Source of the DNA: Cenococcum geophilum
Taxonomy: Eukaryota
Reading direction: 5' to 3'
Length of the DNA stretch: 64,000 bases
Assembly (NCBI GenBank): GCA_050273025.1
Contig: CP158635.1
Span: 8,246,001-8,310,000, forward strand
The translations under genes were made by a program, and so were the position numbers. Of the stretch, positions 12,401 to 24,600 are shown in pieces. Below the pieces are notes generated by a model. The model did not search any database, had not been told where the DNA came from, and saw only the letters and a program-made list of their open reading frames with translations. Numbering within the stretch: the stretch's first letter is position 1; each line of letters starts with the position of its first letter.

Positions 12401-14385
12401 ATCTCCTTCTCCTTGCTATGCGTTATTATAAAGTACGGGAAGGTTCTTCCTAAGAAGGTATTATAGATAAATATAACTTGTATAAAGCCAGCATACGCTT
12501 CCTTAAGGTTAGTCCAGTTAATATAGAGGTTAAGATAAAATTTATTAATATTCTGTTCTAAGAACCTTCTTAAGACCTAACGCTTAATTTTGGCGAGACT
12601 GTAATATTAACATTCCGTTATCTTTAGGCCTTAAAGCTTAACTCCTAGGGCGTTAATACCTAAATAATAAAGGCTTATAGGTCCTAGATGACCTAGACGC
12701 AGATACTATAAACGTACATTACCTTTTAAATCTGGACGAACGTTTCTTGACGATACTCTGCGCTTCCGTTAGTGGCGCGGCAGATGGCTAATATTAAATG
12801 CGGATTTTAAGCTTCCTAATTAGACGTATTTAATAGTTTATTATCTATAATGTTCTTCTATTTAATATAGGATTGTATTATCCTTCCGAACTAGAAGATT
12901 ATTATCTCCTTTATTGTCCTAGTAGTACCCTTATTTTTAAAGTAGACGGAACAACACTAGATTTATATTAAAGTCCGTATAAAAGGCAACGTCCTTAAGA
13001 CGTAGGTTTCCCTTACTCTTGTCTGGTTTTATAACTTAGATAGTAATATTACTGTAGCCTAGTATAGGCACTTCTAAGCTGCCGGTAATAACGTATTCGT
13101 ATTTTAGAGCTTTCCTAAAGTTATAGAAATAAGAGAGGTTATTAAAGATATAGAAAGTGGTTCCTAAGTTAAGAATAGTTAATAACTTTAGCGGATGGAG
13201 TTAACTGGTGTAATACGATTCTAGGAATATCGCATTAGCTTCTCCCTTAATCTTAACTGTTTTTTAGCTCTTATCCTATTATTATTAAGCTTTACTAGCA
13301 TTTATTTCCTTAAGCTTAAGTCATTTTACTTAGGCAGCTAGATCTTTGTCCTGTTTTACCTTTATAAGCACCCTTTTTATACGTATACCTACGGCTTTAA
13401 ATCCCTTAGGCCTCTTGCACTTAAATAGGTACTAATAGTTAGGAAGGGTGTGCCCCCTTATATCGTATACTAGGCATTTAAGGTTCTTTAACCTTTTGGA
13501 AGAAGACGTCTCTTCTTTAATTAAATTTGTCCCTGCCCTTTTTTAGCTATAAGGTAAGCTATTCCCTTTTCTTTTTAGACCTTTAGTAGCGGAGGTATCC
13601 TCTTTAGATTCTTTTGCAAAGTCTACGTTAAATACACTCCCTCTCGCTGTCATAGGTACGGCTTTAGAAAGGTTTTGGAATGCTTCTTATAGCTCTATTA
13701 CTACTTTACGGTATCCTAATAAGTGAGCCTTTTTAGTATCATTTGCCTGCTTTATGTATAGAACAAAATAGGTTTTGCTTATAGGTCGTATTATATTCAT
13801 AAGGTCTATTAGCTAGATCCTATTAGTTATCTATAAAAGATCGTGCTTCTTAGCTATTTTTATTATATACTCCCATTAGTTAAGCTATTAGGTAATTTTT
13901 GCCTACTTAAGACCCTTAAGCGAATCTATATATTATAGCTGTACCTTCCTCATTATAAAGTTCCTTAAGGGCTTAGTATCTTCTTTTAACCAAGTTAGCT
14001 ATTCCTTAACTGTGAGGGAAGGGTTGAGCAGTAGCTTCTTCTAAATTAATACTGTAGACGTAATCTAGGTGTAGATCTGTTAAAGATAATCTTCCTATCT
14101 TAGGAAGTACTTTATATCCTAGTTATAGTATCGTCTGCTATTCTCGTACGCTTTCTGTTAATTTGTTAAGAGCTATATATATAAGGTTGCATTCTCATTA
14201 AAATCTATAACCTTTAGATAAGGTGGTTTTTTAAGTAGACCTTCTTAAGGTGCTTCTATGGCTGGGTTAACGTAGGCCCAAATTTGCTAATTTATAAGGG
14301 CTTATAGTTGCCAGATCTATTGCTCCCAGTCTTCTAGCTTATTAAGAATAATCGTAGTTAATAAACTTAACGTTGGTAAAGTCAT
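9480..14385 (-). pseudogene. pol: Copia A1 gag-pol polyprotein (RIP-broken)
   Basis: ATG at 14385 (MTLPTLSLLTTIILNKLEDWEQ*IW). Integrase NGTAER ~12230; RT LVVYGN** ~11030, LRKALYGL ~10800, FFYVNDIV (YVDD) ~10660-10680; RNase H towards 9500. Confidence 0.9.
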
Positions 14386-15600
14386 TTAACTAATAGGTAA
14401 AGGAGGAATTAAGATGGTATTTTGTTGTTAGGATCGCCCTTATCGTTAAGATCGTCCTTTTAACGATTAAGGTAGACTCTCGTAGAATCTCGTGGAATCT
14501 CGTAGAATCTTATTCTGTGACAATTAAGGTAGGATTTCTGTCAGAGTCTACGTCCTGACGATAAGGTGTCAGAGTCTAACAATAAGGTAGAATTTCTTTA
14601 AATAATTAAGTAATAGCTAAATAGCTTCTTAAGTCGGCGGACTAGGCTCATAACTATCACAAAGCTCGTATTAAGCTGTTCATTAATGAAATGGGTTAAT
14701 TAATTAATGATCTTATCTTTAGGTTGATTAACCTTGGACCTAGGGCCCTTAGGCTTAGATAAAGAGGTTTACACTGCACGTGACTTATACACGTGACTCG
14801 TGCACGGTCTACGCCTTTAGAGAATATAGATTATCTAACAATAATATAGACCTTAAGTTTATTAAGATCTATTTTAATAACGGTAATAAGCGGAATAACG
14901 TTATTTCCAATCCTCTTAACTAGTGGCTTAAAATTAATTAAATCCTTTATCTAACACTTGCTAAAATTACTCTAAATCTATTCTCTATACTAGTAATAGG
15001 CTCTATATATAAATTAAGCTTTAGTTAAGCTAAAAAGATTATTACTAATAAGCGTAATAAACTATTAGCCGACATAATTAAAGCAGATTAGTATTAGAAG
15101 TAGTAGTTAATTAAAGGCCTTTTACTAAGCAGTTTAATTAACTATATTAACTCTAATAGAGCTTTAACTATACCCTAGTTAATAAGCTTAAATATTAATC
15201 TTATTAGCTATATACTAACTATAGAGGCAGAAAAGCTAGCTTAGTAAGGTAGATTTAATAGAGCTTTATATTTAATTAAATTTAAGATAAAAATAGAGCT
15301 TCCGGAGCCCTTACCACTAACCATTTTATTTATTATTTAAGCCTCTACGGATGCAGGCTAAATTTAGCTAAATTTAAATACTGTATTAGGTAAATTAGGG
15401 CTAGATTTTAATTAGGTAATGTTTATATTTATATATAAAGTAGTGCTGCTAAAAATCCGAAATAAAACACTATAAAGTCTATATAAATTTCCTAATTAGG
15501 ACGGCTAGCTGGCAGTTTAATAGTTAGCGTACGTTATCTAATAGTTAGCGGACAGCGAGCGATCTAATTAACGCAGTTAGCTATTTTTCTCAAGCTTGTA

Positions 15601-15725
15601 GCTAAGCTAACTATTAAACAAACTAAGTTAGAATATAAGGCCTCTAAACGCTAGTAATTAAAGCTATAAAAACTAGGCCCGCTAGGACTTATTTAAATAA
15701 TTTAATAAGCCTTTAACCTTATTAG
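15601..15725 (-). pseudogene. Probable distal fragment of Crypton-2, separated from its body (42727-44230) by Gypsy-B1
   Basis: Joining the flanks across TSD ATTAG gives a continuous de-RIP-able frame ALYTKNK*IANKVKGLLNYLNKS*RA*FL*L*LLAFRGLIF*LSL. Confidence 0.55.
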
Positions 15726-16485
15726 TGTTATAGGACACCCCCGTAATATCTTATACACATCTACCTATTTCTATTAACTTAGCAACTAGAGACCGACCAC
15801 GAGATGGCAATTTAATAGCAATCTATGGTAATCTAACGGCAACCTACCGCGTTTTACTATATTTTACTAAGTTCTACTAAATCTTACTAAGTTTTACTAA
15901 GACTACTACCAAAATTCTATTCTACTTTATGCATATATTAACTAAGCAACTTAGTCTATAATATATACCCTTTCTTTTTATTTTCCTACCTTCTTTCTTT
16001 ATATAACGTCTTAACCTCCTTATATAGTTTATGTATATAGCTTAATAATATCTACCTTATTATATATTATCGCCGCTTATACTTACTCTATAATACTATA
16101 TTATGTTAACTACCTATACTATTACTAATATGCAGAACAAACCTAAAACTCCTATAATAGCCGCCGGTATTATATCCGCACTTTAAAAACAATTAGTAGA
16201 GATATAAAAGTCTTTTATAGACACCCTTATATAAAACTAAGCTAATTTAAATTAATAATAAGCCGAATAAGAAGTATAACACTAGTAATTAATTAAGGAC
16301 CTCTAAGAAGAAATCCGCACCCTTAAAATGTCTATACTAGGACCTTAAAACTAAACACTATCTTTAAAGATAAATACGCGGAATGTAAGCTCTAAACCTA
16401 TAGTAATCTCTTACCCTAAGCTAACTACTATACTATAATAATCCGAATAACTACTAAATCCCTTAGTATTTACTAGTAAATAATA

Positions 16486-16690
16486 TGTCACGGAACGCCG
16501 CTATAGGAGCCTTTATAGGAGACTCCCTAACGGAACCCCGTGCCCTCGCGTACGCTTCGCGTATAGCTTACGTCAGCCACGCGTAGTATATTACCTTCCT
16601 ACGCCCTTAATCCTTATAATCGATCGCGTAACATCTTGTAGACTTTTTAAATACATATATTTAGCAGCCACTATTCCGCGCCTTGTGATA
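16486..16690. mobile_element. Solo LTR (205 bp) of an unrelated family inserted in Gypsy-B1 gag
   Basis: TGTCAC...GTGATA termini; TSD TAATA (16481-16485 / 16691-16695). The empty site with a single TAATA is visible in Gypsy-B2 at ~31598-31602. Confidence 0.9.
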
Positions 16691-19600
16691 TAATAAGAGC
16701 TCTAATTATTTTTAAGCTAGCTTAAAAATAAGTTAACTAGTAACGCTAACCACTACCTAATTAAAGCTAACCGACTTTATTACGCCCTAAGTTAACTAGG
16801 AAAAGAGGTAGCTAACCTTATTAAACCTCTCTAGCTAACCTTAGTATAAAGCCTAGTTATACTTCTTAAAGCTATATATAATAACCTAAACCGCTAAGCT
16901 ATTACTTAGAGAAAAATAAACTATATAGCTTAAGGACTAAAAAGTTTCCTAGTATACTTCTCCAAATTTAACCGTTATATAAAGAAAACTAGCTAGAATA
17001 ACTCTACACTAGTTAATAGCCTTATTAAATCCCTAAACCCTAAACTAAAAACCTCCCTAATAGGCGTAGACTTACTAAAAGCCCTTAATGCCTACGTAAA
17101 TGTTATTAATAAATAGTACAATAATATACTACCCTAATACTAAAACACGCTCCTTACTACAATATAATAGCCCTATAAATGTCTACTAAGTTATCTTAGC
17201 TTAAGCACCCTAATGCTATAGATATTAATACTAAGACCCTAGGATACGCCCCACTAGGGTCCTTTAAATAAGAATAACGTATTAAGCTAGGCCTCTGCTT
17301 TAAATATAGAAGTAATTCCTACCTCTCTAACTACTACTCTATCCCTATACCTAAATACGATTTATAAACGGCTAATACTAATAACCGTTTAACGCATTAA
17401 TCTTCTAGTTACTATCCCTAATCTTTACTTAGTTCTAGCCCTATATTTAGTAAGCACTACTTATAAGGGCAAAGCTATAACCAACGTCCTATAGGAACCC
17501 CTTCTCGCTCGTTACTAAAAGGTATATCTTAAAGTTAAGTCGCTTTCCAGGACGGCTCTGCCTTAGGATCTTATTAAATACCTTAAATATTATAAACTCT
17601 AACTCTTAGAATTGTAGTATAACCGTTAACTATTGTCTTTAGTAGAATAATTAATAGGCTAATACTTAAGTCCTAATTAATACAGGAGCTAGTAGTATAG
17701 AATTTATTAATAAGATCTTTATATAAGATAATGGTTTTACCCTAACCCCCCTTAACTAGTATATTAATATATTTAGATTTAATAGTAAACGCATAGTCTT
17801 ACGCTAAATTACCTATATAGTATACCTAAAACTCTAATACCTAAACCACAAAGAACTAATTAGGCTTTTTATTACTACCCTAAATTACCTAGTAATTCTT
17901 AAATAACCCTAGATAAAGATATATAAGGTAACCATTAATTAGGATAACCTTAAGCTTCTATTTACTGCCCCGCGTTATAAGTAAAAATACTCTATAATAT
18001 ACTACTTTAACCCTAAACTAAAATCTAGAAAATCCACTAAGATTTACTATCCTAAGATTTCCACTAATATCCACTCTACGCCTAAGGAATCTACCAGATT
18101 CTATTAGCACAGAAATTCTACCAAATTTTACTAATATAAGAATTCCACTAATATCTACTAAGGATCCGAAAATTCTACTAAATTCTATAAGTTATTACTA
18201 AGTACTATACTACTCTAAACTAAGTAAAGACTTAAGCTTAGTATATAAAACTACTAGAAGAACTAGTATCCTATAATAAAAAGAATACTTAAAGAATCTG
18301 AACCTAAACTTAAATAAGAAACTATAGACAATCTAAGTAAGCTCAGTACCCTAGATATCCGCATAATTAGAGCTACTCCGTTAGTATAACTTACTAAAAA
18401 ACCTAAATATATAATCTTCGCTATCACTTTAGCTAATATTAAAAAGGCCTTAGTACTAAAGAAGTATACTAACCCTACTATAAAGGTACTAGTAGAGTAA
18501 TATAACCGCCTAAAGGCATTCTTATAGAAGGAAGCTAATAAGCTACTAGAACACTAACTATATAATTATAAGATTATACTTAAAAAAGGGAAGTAGCCTA
18601 TATTTAGACCCCTATATAGGATGTCCTAAAATAAACACTAAGTATTATAAAAGTACCTATATAAGAACCTAAGTAAAGGATTTATTAGAGCAAGCTCTTT
18701 ACCTATAGCCGCACTAGTAATCTTTATTAAGAAACTAAGTAGCGGACTACGCTTTTACGTAGACTACTAAGCTCTTAACGCTGTTACCGTTAAGAACTAA
18801 TATCTAATCCCGCCAATATAAAAGACGCTAAGCTAATTAAGTAAGACTCGCTTCTATACAAAGCTTAATATTATCTCTATATTTAACCGCCTTTATATTA
18901 TAAAAGGAGATAAATAGCTTACTGCATTTTATACCTAATATAAATTATTTAAATACTTAGTAATACCCTTTAGCCTTATAAACGCTCTAAGCTTGTTTTA
19001 ATATTACGTAAATAATACCTTATATCCTTACCTAGATATCTTCCATACTGCTTATATTAACGATATTCTAATATATAGGAATAACTTAACTAAATACCAG
19101 ATACACATTAATTTTATTTTATAAGCCCTATAAGGAGCTAGTCTATAATTAAATGTAGATAAATATAAATTTCATAAAATAGAAGTCCTATACTGTTAGG
19201 TAAAACCTAAGTAGATAGTTATATAGCCGCAAGGTATGGGCAACCCTAAAGCAACCTAGGGGTGACTTGCCCGTAAGGTACGTGCGCTATATATACCTAG
19301 GGAAAACCCTTCCTACCTTGTACACAGACTCCTCCTTTTTCCCTTAAGGATTTGTCTCTATATATACAATATACCCTATTATTCTATTATTGGACTCTCT
19401 ACCTATATTCTTACCTTATATTTAAATCCTTACCAATCCCCTTAGGAGGATAGCCGGTTTAATTTTTCTATAATACCTCTAAAAAGAAAACTAACGCCTA
19501 CACCTAATAGTAATATACTAGCGATACGACCGCAAAACGCTTTAGGATCTAGTGTAGACGAAACCGCTAAAAGCATACTAGTAGAATCTAAGCTACCTTT

Positions 19601-20541
19601 AGAATCTTAAAACGATCAGATATCTACAAACGCTAGAAACTAGTTTAACTTATATACCTAGGCTTAAGAAGAGCTTAGTAAGGTTACTAGCGTTTTACCA
19701 AATACTACTAACCTAAAGGAGCTAGATAAACTAGCTAAGAAAATAACTAACTTATAGAGTATTATTAATTTAATAAAGCCCTTTTGTTAACTCTTTAGTA
19801 AGGAGTATAAGTTACGTGGTAAATGCATACGCTAAGCAAATCTTAACGCCCTAGTTAAGAAGTCACTACCTAATATTAGCGGTATAACTTAACAGCATTT
19901 TAACTAGTGGATCGCCGCAGTTAAAACCCAATTTAAGGTTAATAACGCCGACTACAACTATAAATAACGTACGCGCTAGGCTATTAAAGGTCTTATAAAA
20001 GAAAAGATAATCGCTTAATTAGTGTATTAACGGCTAGGTATTAAGGATAAAGGTTCTTTACTATAGGATAAGTTTAAGACTATAGTCTAAGACTAGATTA
20101 GGAACCCTATAGTTAGGCGCTTTAATAATACTACTATGTACTATATAGCTATTATAAAGGAGAACTAAAGGTTTAACGTCTTCCTAGCCCGTATATATAG
20201 CTTAGAGGACCGCTTCTTATACACCCCTTTTATTAATCCTAAGTAATAGGTAGACTTTTAGTTCTTACGCCTTCTGTTACAAAGCTCGTATTGAGCTGTT
20301 TATTGATGAAATGGGTTGATTAATTAATAATCTTATTTTTAGGTTGATTGACCTTGGACCTAGGGCCCTTGGGCTCAGATAAAGAGGTTTACACTACACG
20401 TAACTCGTGCACGTAACTCGTGTACGGTCTACGCCTCCAGAGAATACAGATTATCTAACACACCCCCTTAGCTTCGAGCTCTTTAAGGTTAAAGCTAACC
20501 ATCTTCCTGCCAAATTCTACCAACTTCTACCAACCAATTAG

Positions 20542-20568
20542 GATTTTCCATCCCCGGGATAGAAAATC
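20542..20568. promoter_or_regulatory. 27-bp palindrome, Copia A2 copy
   Basis: GATTTTCCATCCCCGGGATAGAAAATC (one G>A), flanked by CCAATTAG and GCTATTAG. Confidence 0.5.
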
Positions 20569-21412
20569 GCTATTAGCTTGCTTACGGCTAGCGCCTTAGC
20601 GACCCTCCTTGTGCTTATTAATGCGTTAATTAAACCGTAATCTTATCTAAATCCTTTTATCTTACTCTAATACTGTCCCTTAGGTCCTTTAGTTGCTTCT
20701 CCTTATTTAGCCGCTCCTTAATATCTACTATTCCAATTATATTAATAAAGCTTTAAAACCTCTACTTGGGCAGGGCCTTCGTAAGTCTATCAGCGATTAT
20801 CTCCTTTATCGCTGTTTATTAAAATCGTACTTACCTTATTATATATTCCTAACGTAGCCAGTGTTAATAGATGTTAACGTATTAAAGCTTCATAATTAGC
20901 TTTGCCGTGTTTTTTATAATTAGTTAGAGTGTCTAGGTGTTATCGCATTTAATAATTAAGGGCTCGTTTAGGCGTAGTGTTATTGCTTTAAATAGCCTGC
21001 TAATAAAGATAGCTTCCTTTACTATTTATAATAGGGCTAGTAACTTAGCTTCTGTGCTTAACGTTATAACTATACCCTACTTATTTACTCTTTAAGCGAT
21101 TGGCCCCCTAAATAGCTTTATAATATATCCTTATAAGCTCTTTCTATTAACGAAGTTATCCGCAAATAATGCATCGCTAGTATAGATAAATAATTACGCT
21201 TTGCTTCTACCGTCTCTTCCATTATCTCGTCCTTTATCGCGTATTTCTTTATCTCTCCCTCTACTGTTTATTCCTTCCTTATCTCCTCTATAGTAGATTA
21301 CTCTACTTCTCGTACTATATAGGTACTAGATAACTCTATCTGCCGCTTAATAATGCTCTTAGCTTAGGTTCTAATTAAACCTTACTAGCCGTAATACTAT
21401 AAAGGTAATATC

Positions 21413-21638
21413 CGGACGCGTTATAGTGGTTATATAGAGTACTAAACCTAATTTTCTCTAATATAGCATTGTAGAGGCTGGTAGGGATATAGGATAGACT
21501 AATAGGTCTATATTAGGGGACGGACGCGTTATAGTGGCTATATAGAGTACTAAACCTAATTTTCTCTAATATAGCATTGTAGAGGCTGGTAGGGATATAG
21601 GATAGACTAATAGGTCTATATTAGGGGACGGACGCGTT
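21413..21638. repeat. 108-bp tandem duplication inside Copia A2 pol
   Basis: CGGACGCGTT recurs at 21413, 21521 and 21629 (period 108). Copia A1 has only one unit (~10274-10382). Confidence 0.9.
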
Positions 21639-24600
21639 AGACGGATTAATTGGTAATTAGTAGGGAGGAGTTCCAATTCTGCTATAGGAGTATCTGGAAG
21701 ACGCCCTTTAAGATCTATCTTATACTAATTAGCTATCTTCTTAATATAGGCTTCTTAAAATAGCTATAGGAGCCTCTAGCTACGATTATATAGTATATAG
21801 ATTCCTAGGAACCATTTTAGTTCGCTAAGGGTACTTATTTAGTATTCCTTACTTAGCTCCTTAATTACTTCTTAAGCTTTCTTTTTATCTATTTTTTGGT
21901 AGCAGAAGACAATATCGTTAACGTAAAAGAAAATGACTATTTTACCTTTTAGCATAATATACGGCTCTTAGGGTACCTCTTTAAAACCCAATTCTGTTAG
22001 CGAGCTCGTGAGATTCTTCTACTATAATAGTGGTAATCGTTATAGTCCGTAAAGGGCTTTTCTTAAGCGTAGTACTTTGTCTGTCTTTCCTTTATTAAAC
22101 CCTAGTAGTAGCTTTTTATAGACGACCTCGTCAAGATCGCAATAGATAAACGCATTAACTATATCTATCTGTGTCGTCTCTAGGTTAAATTTTGCGGTAA
22201 TCGCTATAAGGGTTCGGAAGGTCGTATTAGCTAATATAGTAGCTCTTATAGGTAGGTCTCTTAGGGCCTATTAATTTCCGTAGACTACTAAGCGTGCCTT
22301 GCATTTCTGGAGAAATCTATGCTTGTCCGTCTTATAGATAAACACCTATATTAAGCTAAGGACCTGCTAACCCTTTACGTACTTCTTATCTGTTTCTTAA
22401 AACGACCTTATTTAATGATAAGATTGTAGGTAAGCTCGTTAAGCTTCTTAAAACTAATCTTAAAGAGGATGCGTATTAAGGTTACGGATCGACTAAGGTG
22501 GCGGAGGTAAGTTCTTCCTATATAATCTAACATTACGTATTCTGCCTAATTTTAGCTTGCTATTGTTAAGTCAACTATTAAGGTTAAACTTCCTTCCTGC
22601 TAAAAAGGCGCCGTAATAGGCTAACGTAATCCTTTTAGTAATAAAGTCTTTAAACCTGTTATCGCAGGCTTCCTTAAATAAGTCTTTAACTAAGTTATTA
22701 AACACCTTTTAAGTATAAAACCCGTCTCCTACTTAATAGGCAACGTCTTAATTAGTACCTTATATATTTAACTTTATAGGATATTTAACGTAAAAGGAAT
22801 ATAGAGATTCTTTATCTTCTTCTGTTAGAGGTGGCGTATAGTATATATCTTTAAGAGCTCTTGCAAGCTTAAGATCTACTAACTTATTAAAGGTTTAAAC
22901 TGGCTTATTAACGTTGTTATTTTCCTCTTAAATTAACGGTTTAAATACTTTTTTATTATCTTCTAGAAGAACCTTATTCTTAGTTAGGCTATTAGGAAGT
23001 TAAATCTTCTTAATTAGCATTTCTAATTCGGTGTGTAGATCCTTTAAAATGTCTATTCGCTTGCTGTTAAAGAACGTCTTTTTATTAAAGATAACGTCCC
23101 TAGTAGAGATAACGATACCTTTGTAGGGGATCTAGATCCTATAGATATTGGTAGAGTTATAGCTAATAAGGTAGCTAATATGGGCTTATAGATCTAGCTT
23201 GCTTAGCCTTTTCTTCTTTAGCTAGGCGTCCGACGTTATCGCGTACGCCCTATAGCCGTAGGCTTTTAGGTACGCTAGTTGCGGCTTTCTTAATCTCCTA
23301 TTAGCTAGGAAGGTATAGAACCTCTTATATAGCAATTTCCAACCGTTACTTTCCCGTGGCGTTTAATCTTAAAAGTAAACTATATAGTTGACTACCTCGT
23401 TCTATAGGTCGTATAGTAAATTAGCAGCAATTCTTATTACACGCGCTCTCTTAATAATTACACCCCCTAAGCGTTCGGCGGTACCGTTTTGTGCTTAGGT
23501 ATATAGCGCCAAAGGCTCAAATATAATCCCTTGCGTCTATAGCCATTTAAGGGTTCTCCTTCTCCCTAGCTCGTTGTTTAACCTAATAGTGTTAACTTTA
23601 AGGTCATACCTTAAACGAATCCATTGGATAAAATCTTTAAGCACTCGTAGTGTCTTCTTCTCCTTACTATACGTTGTTATAAAGTACGGGAAAGTTTTTT
23701 CTAAGAAGGTGTTGTGGATAAATATAACTCGTACGAAGCCAGTATGCGCTTCCTTAAGGTTAGTCTAGTTAATATAGAGGTCAAGATAAGGTTTATTGAT
23801 ATTCTATTTTAAGAACTTTCTTAAGACCTAATACTTAATTTTGGCGAGACTGTAATATTAATATTCCGTTGTCTTTAGGCCTTAAAGCTTAACTCCTAGG
23901 GCGTTAATACCTAAATAATAAAGGCTTATAGGTCCTAGATGACCTAGACGTAGATGCTATAAATATATATTACCTTTTAAATCTAGACGAACGTCTTTTA
24001 ACAATGCTCTACGCTTTTGTTGGTGGCGTGGTAGACGGCTAATATTAAATGCGGATTTTAAGCTTCCTAATTAAACGTATTTAATAGTCTATTGTCTGTA
24101 ACGTTCTTCTATTTAATATAGGATTATATTATCCTTCCGAACTAGAAGATTATTGTCTTCTTTATTGTCCTAGTAGTACCCTTGTTTTTAAAGTAGATAA
24201 AATAACACTAAATTTATATTAAAGTCCGTATAAAAGGCAACGTCCTTAAGACGTAGGTTTCCCTTACTCTTGTCTAGTTTTATAACTTAAATAGTAATAT
24301 CGCCGTAGCCTAATATAGGCACTTCTAAGCTGCCGGCGATAACGTATTTATATCTTAGAGCTTTCCTAAAGTTATAGAAACAAAAGAGGTTATTAAAGAT
24401 ATAGAGAGTAGTTTCTAAGTTAAGAATAGTCAATAGCTTTAGTAGATGGAGTTAACCGGTGTAATACGATTCTAGGAATATCGCATTAGCTTTTCCCTTA
24501 ATCTTAACTATCTCCTGGCTCTTATCCTGTTGTTATTAAGCTTTATTAGCATTTATTTTCTTAAGCTTAAATTATTCCACTTAGGCAGCTAGATCCTTAT

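Larger units (their letters stand above)
9132..14840 (-). mobile_element. Full-length Ty1/Copia LTR retrotransposon, family A copy 1 (5709 bp), RIPed
   Basis: 186-bp LTRs at 9132-9317 and 14655-14840; 5-bp TSD ATAAT (9127-9131 / 14841-14845). On the minus strand, purine tract AAGGGGGTA adjoins the 3' LTR and GTTATGAGCC follows the 5' LTR. Domain order is IN before RT. Confidence 0.95.
7299..15125 (+). pseudogene. hAT-superfamily transposase remnant, 5'-truncated and interrupted by Copia A1 (pieces 7299-9131 and 14846-15125)
   Basis: RIPed motifs: INLTYNI*IS..SIVAYCI (~7850), ITNNASNN (~8060), ERL*CVGYIINLIIKA (~8130), Y*NLTYFIL (RWNSTY, ~8415). After the Copia comes the hAT dimerisation domain LN*W..YLTLAKITLNLFSILVIGS..SFS*AKKIITNKRNKLLADIIKA (~14915-15085). 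Confidence 0.9.

Noticed and set aside
15480..15600. hAT right terminus/TIR near 15598
   Set aside because: Plausible boundary, but the left end is missing, so neither the TIR nor an 8-bp TSD can be verified.
23574..23768. 64-aa ORF (+)
   Set aside because: Antisense to the Copia A2 integrase.
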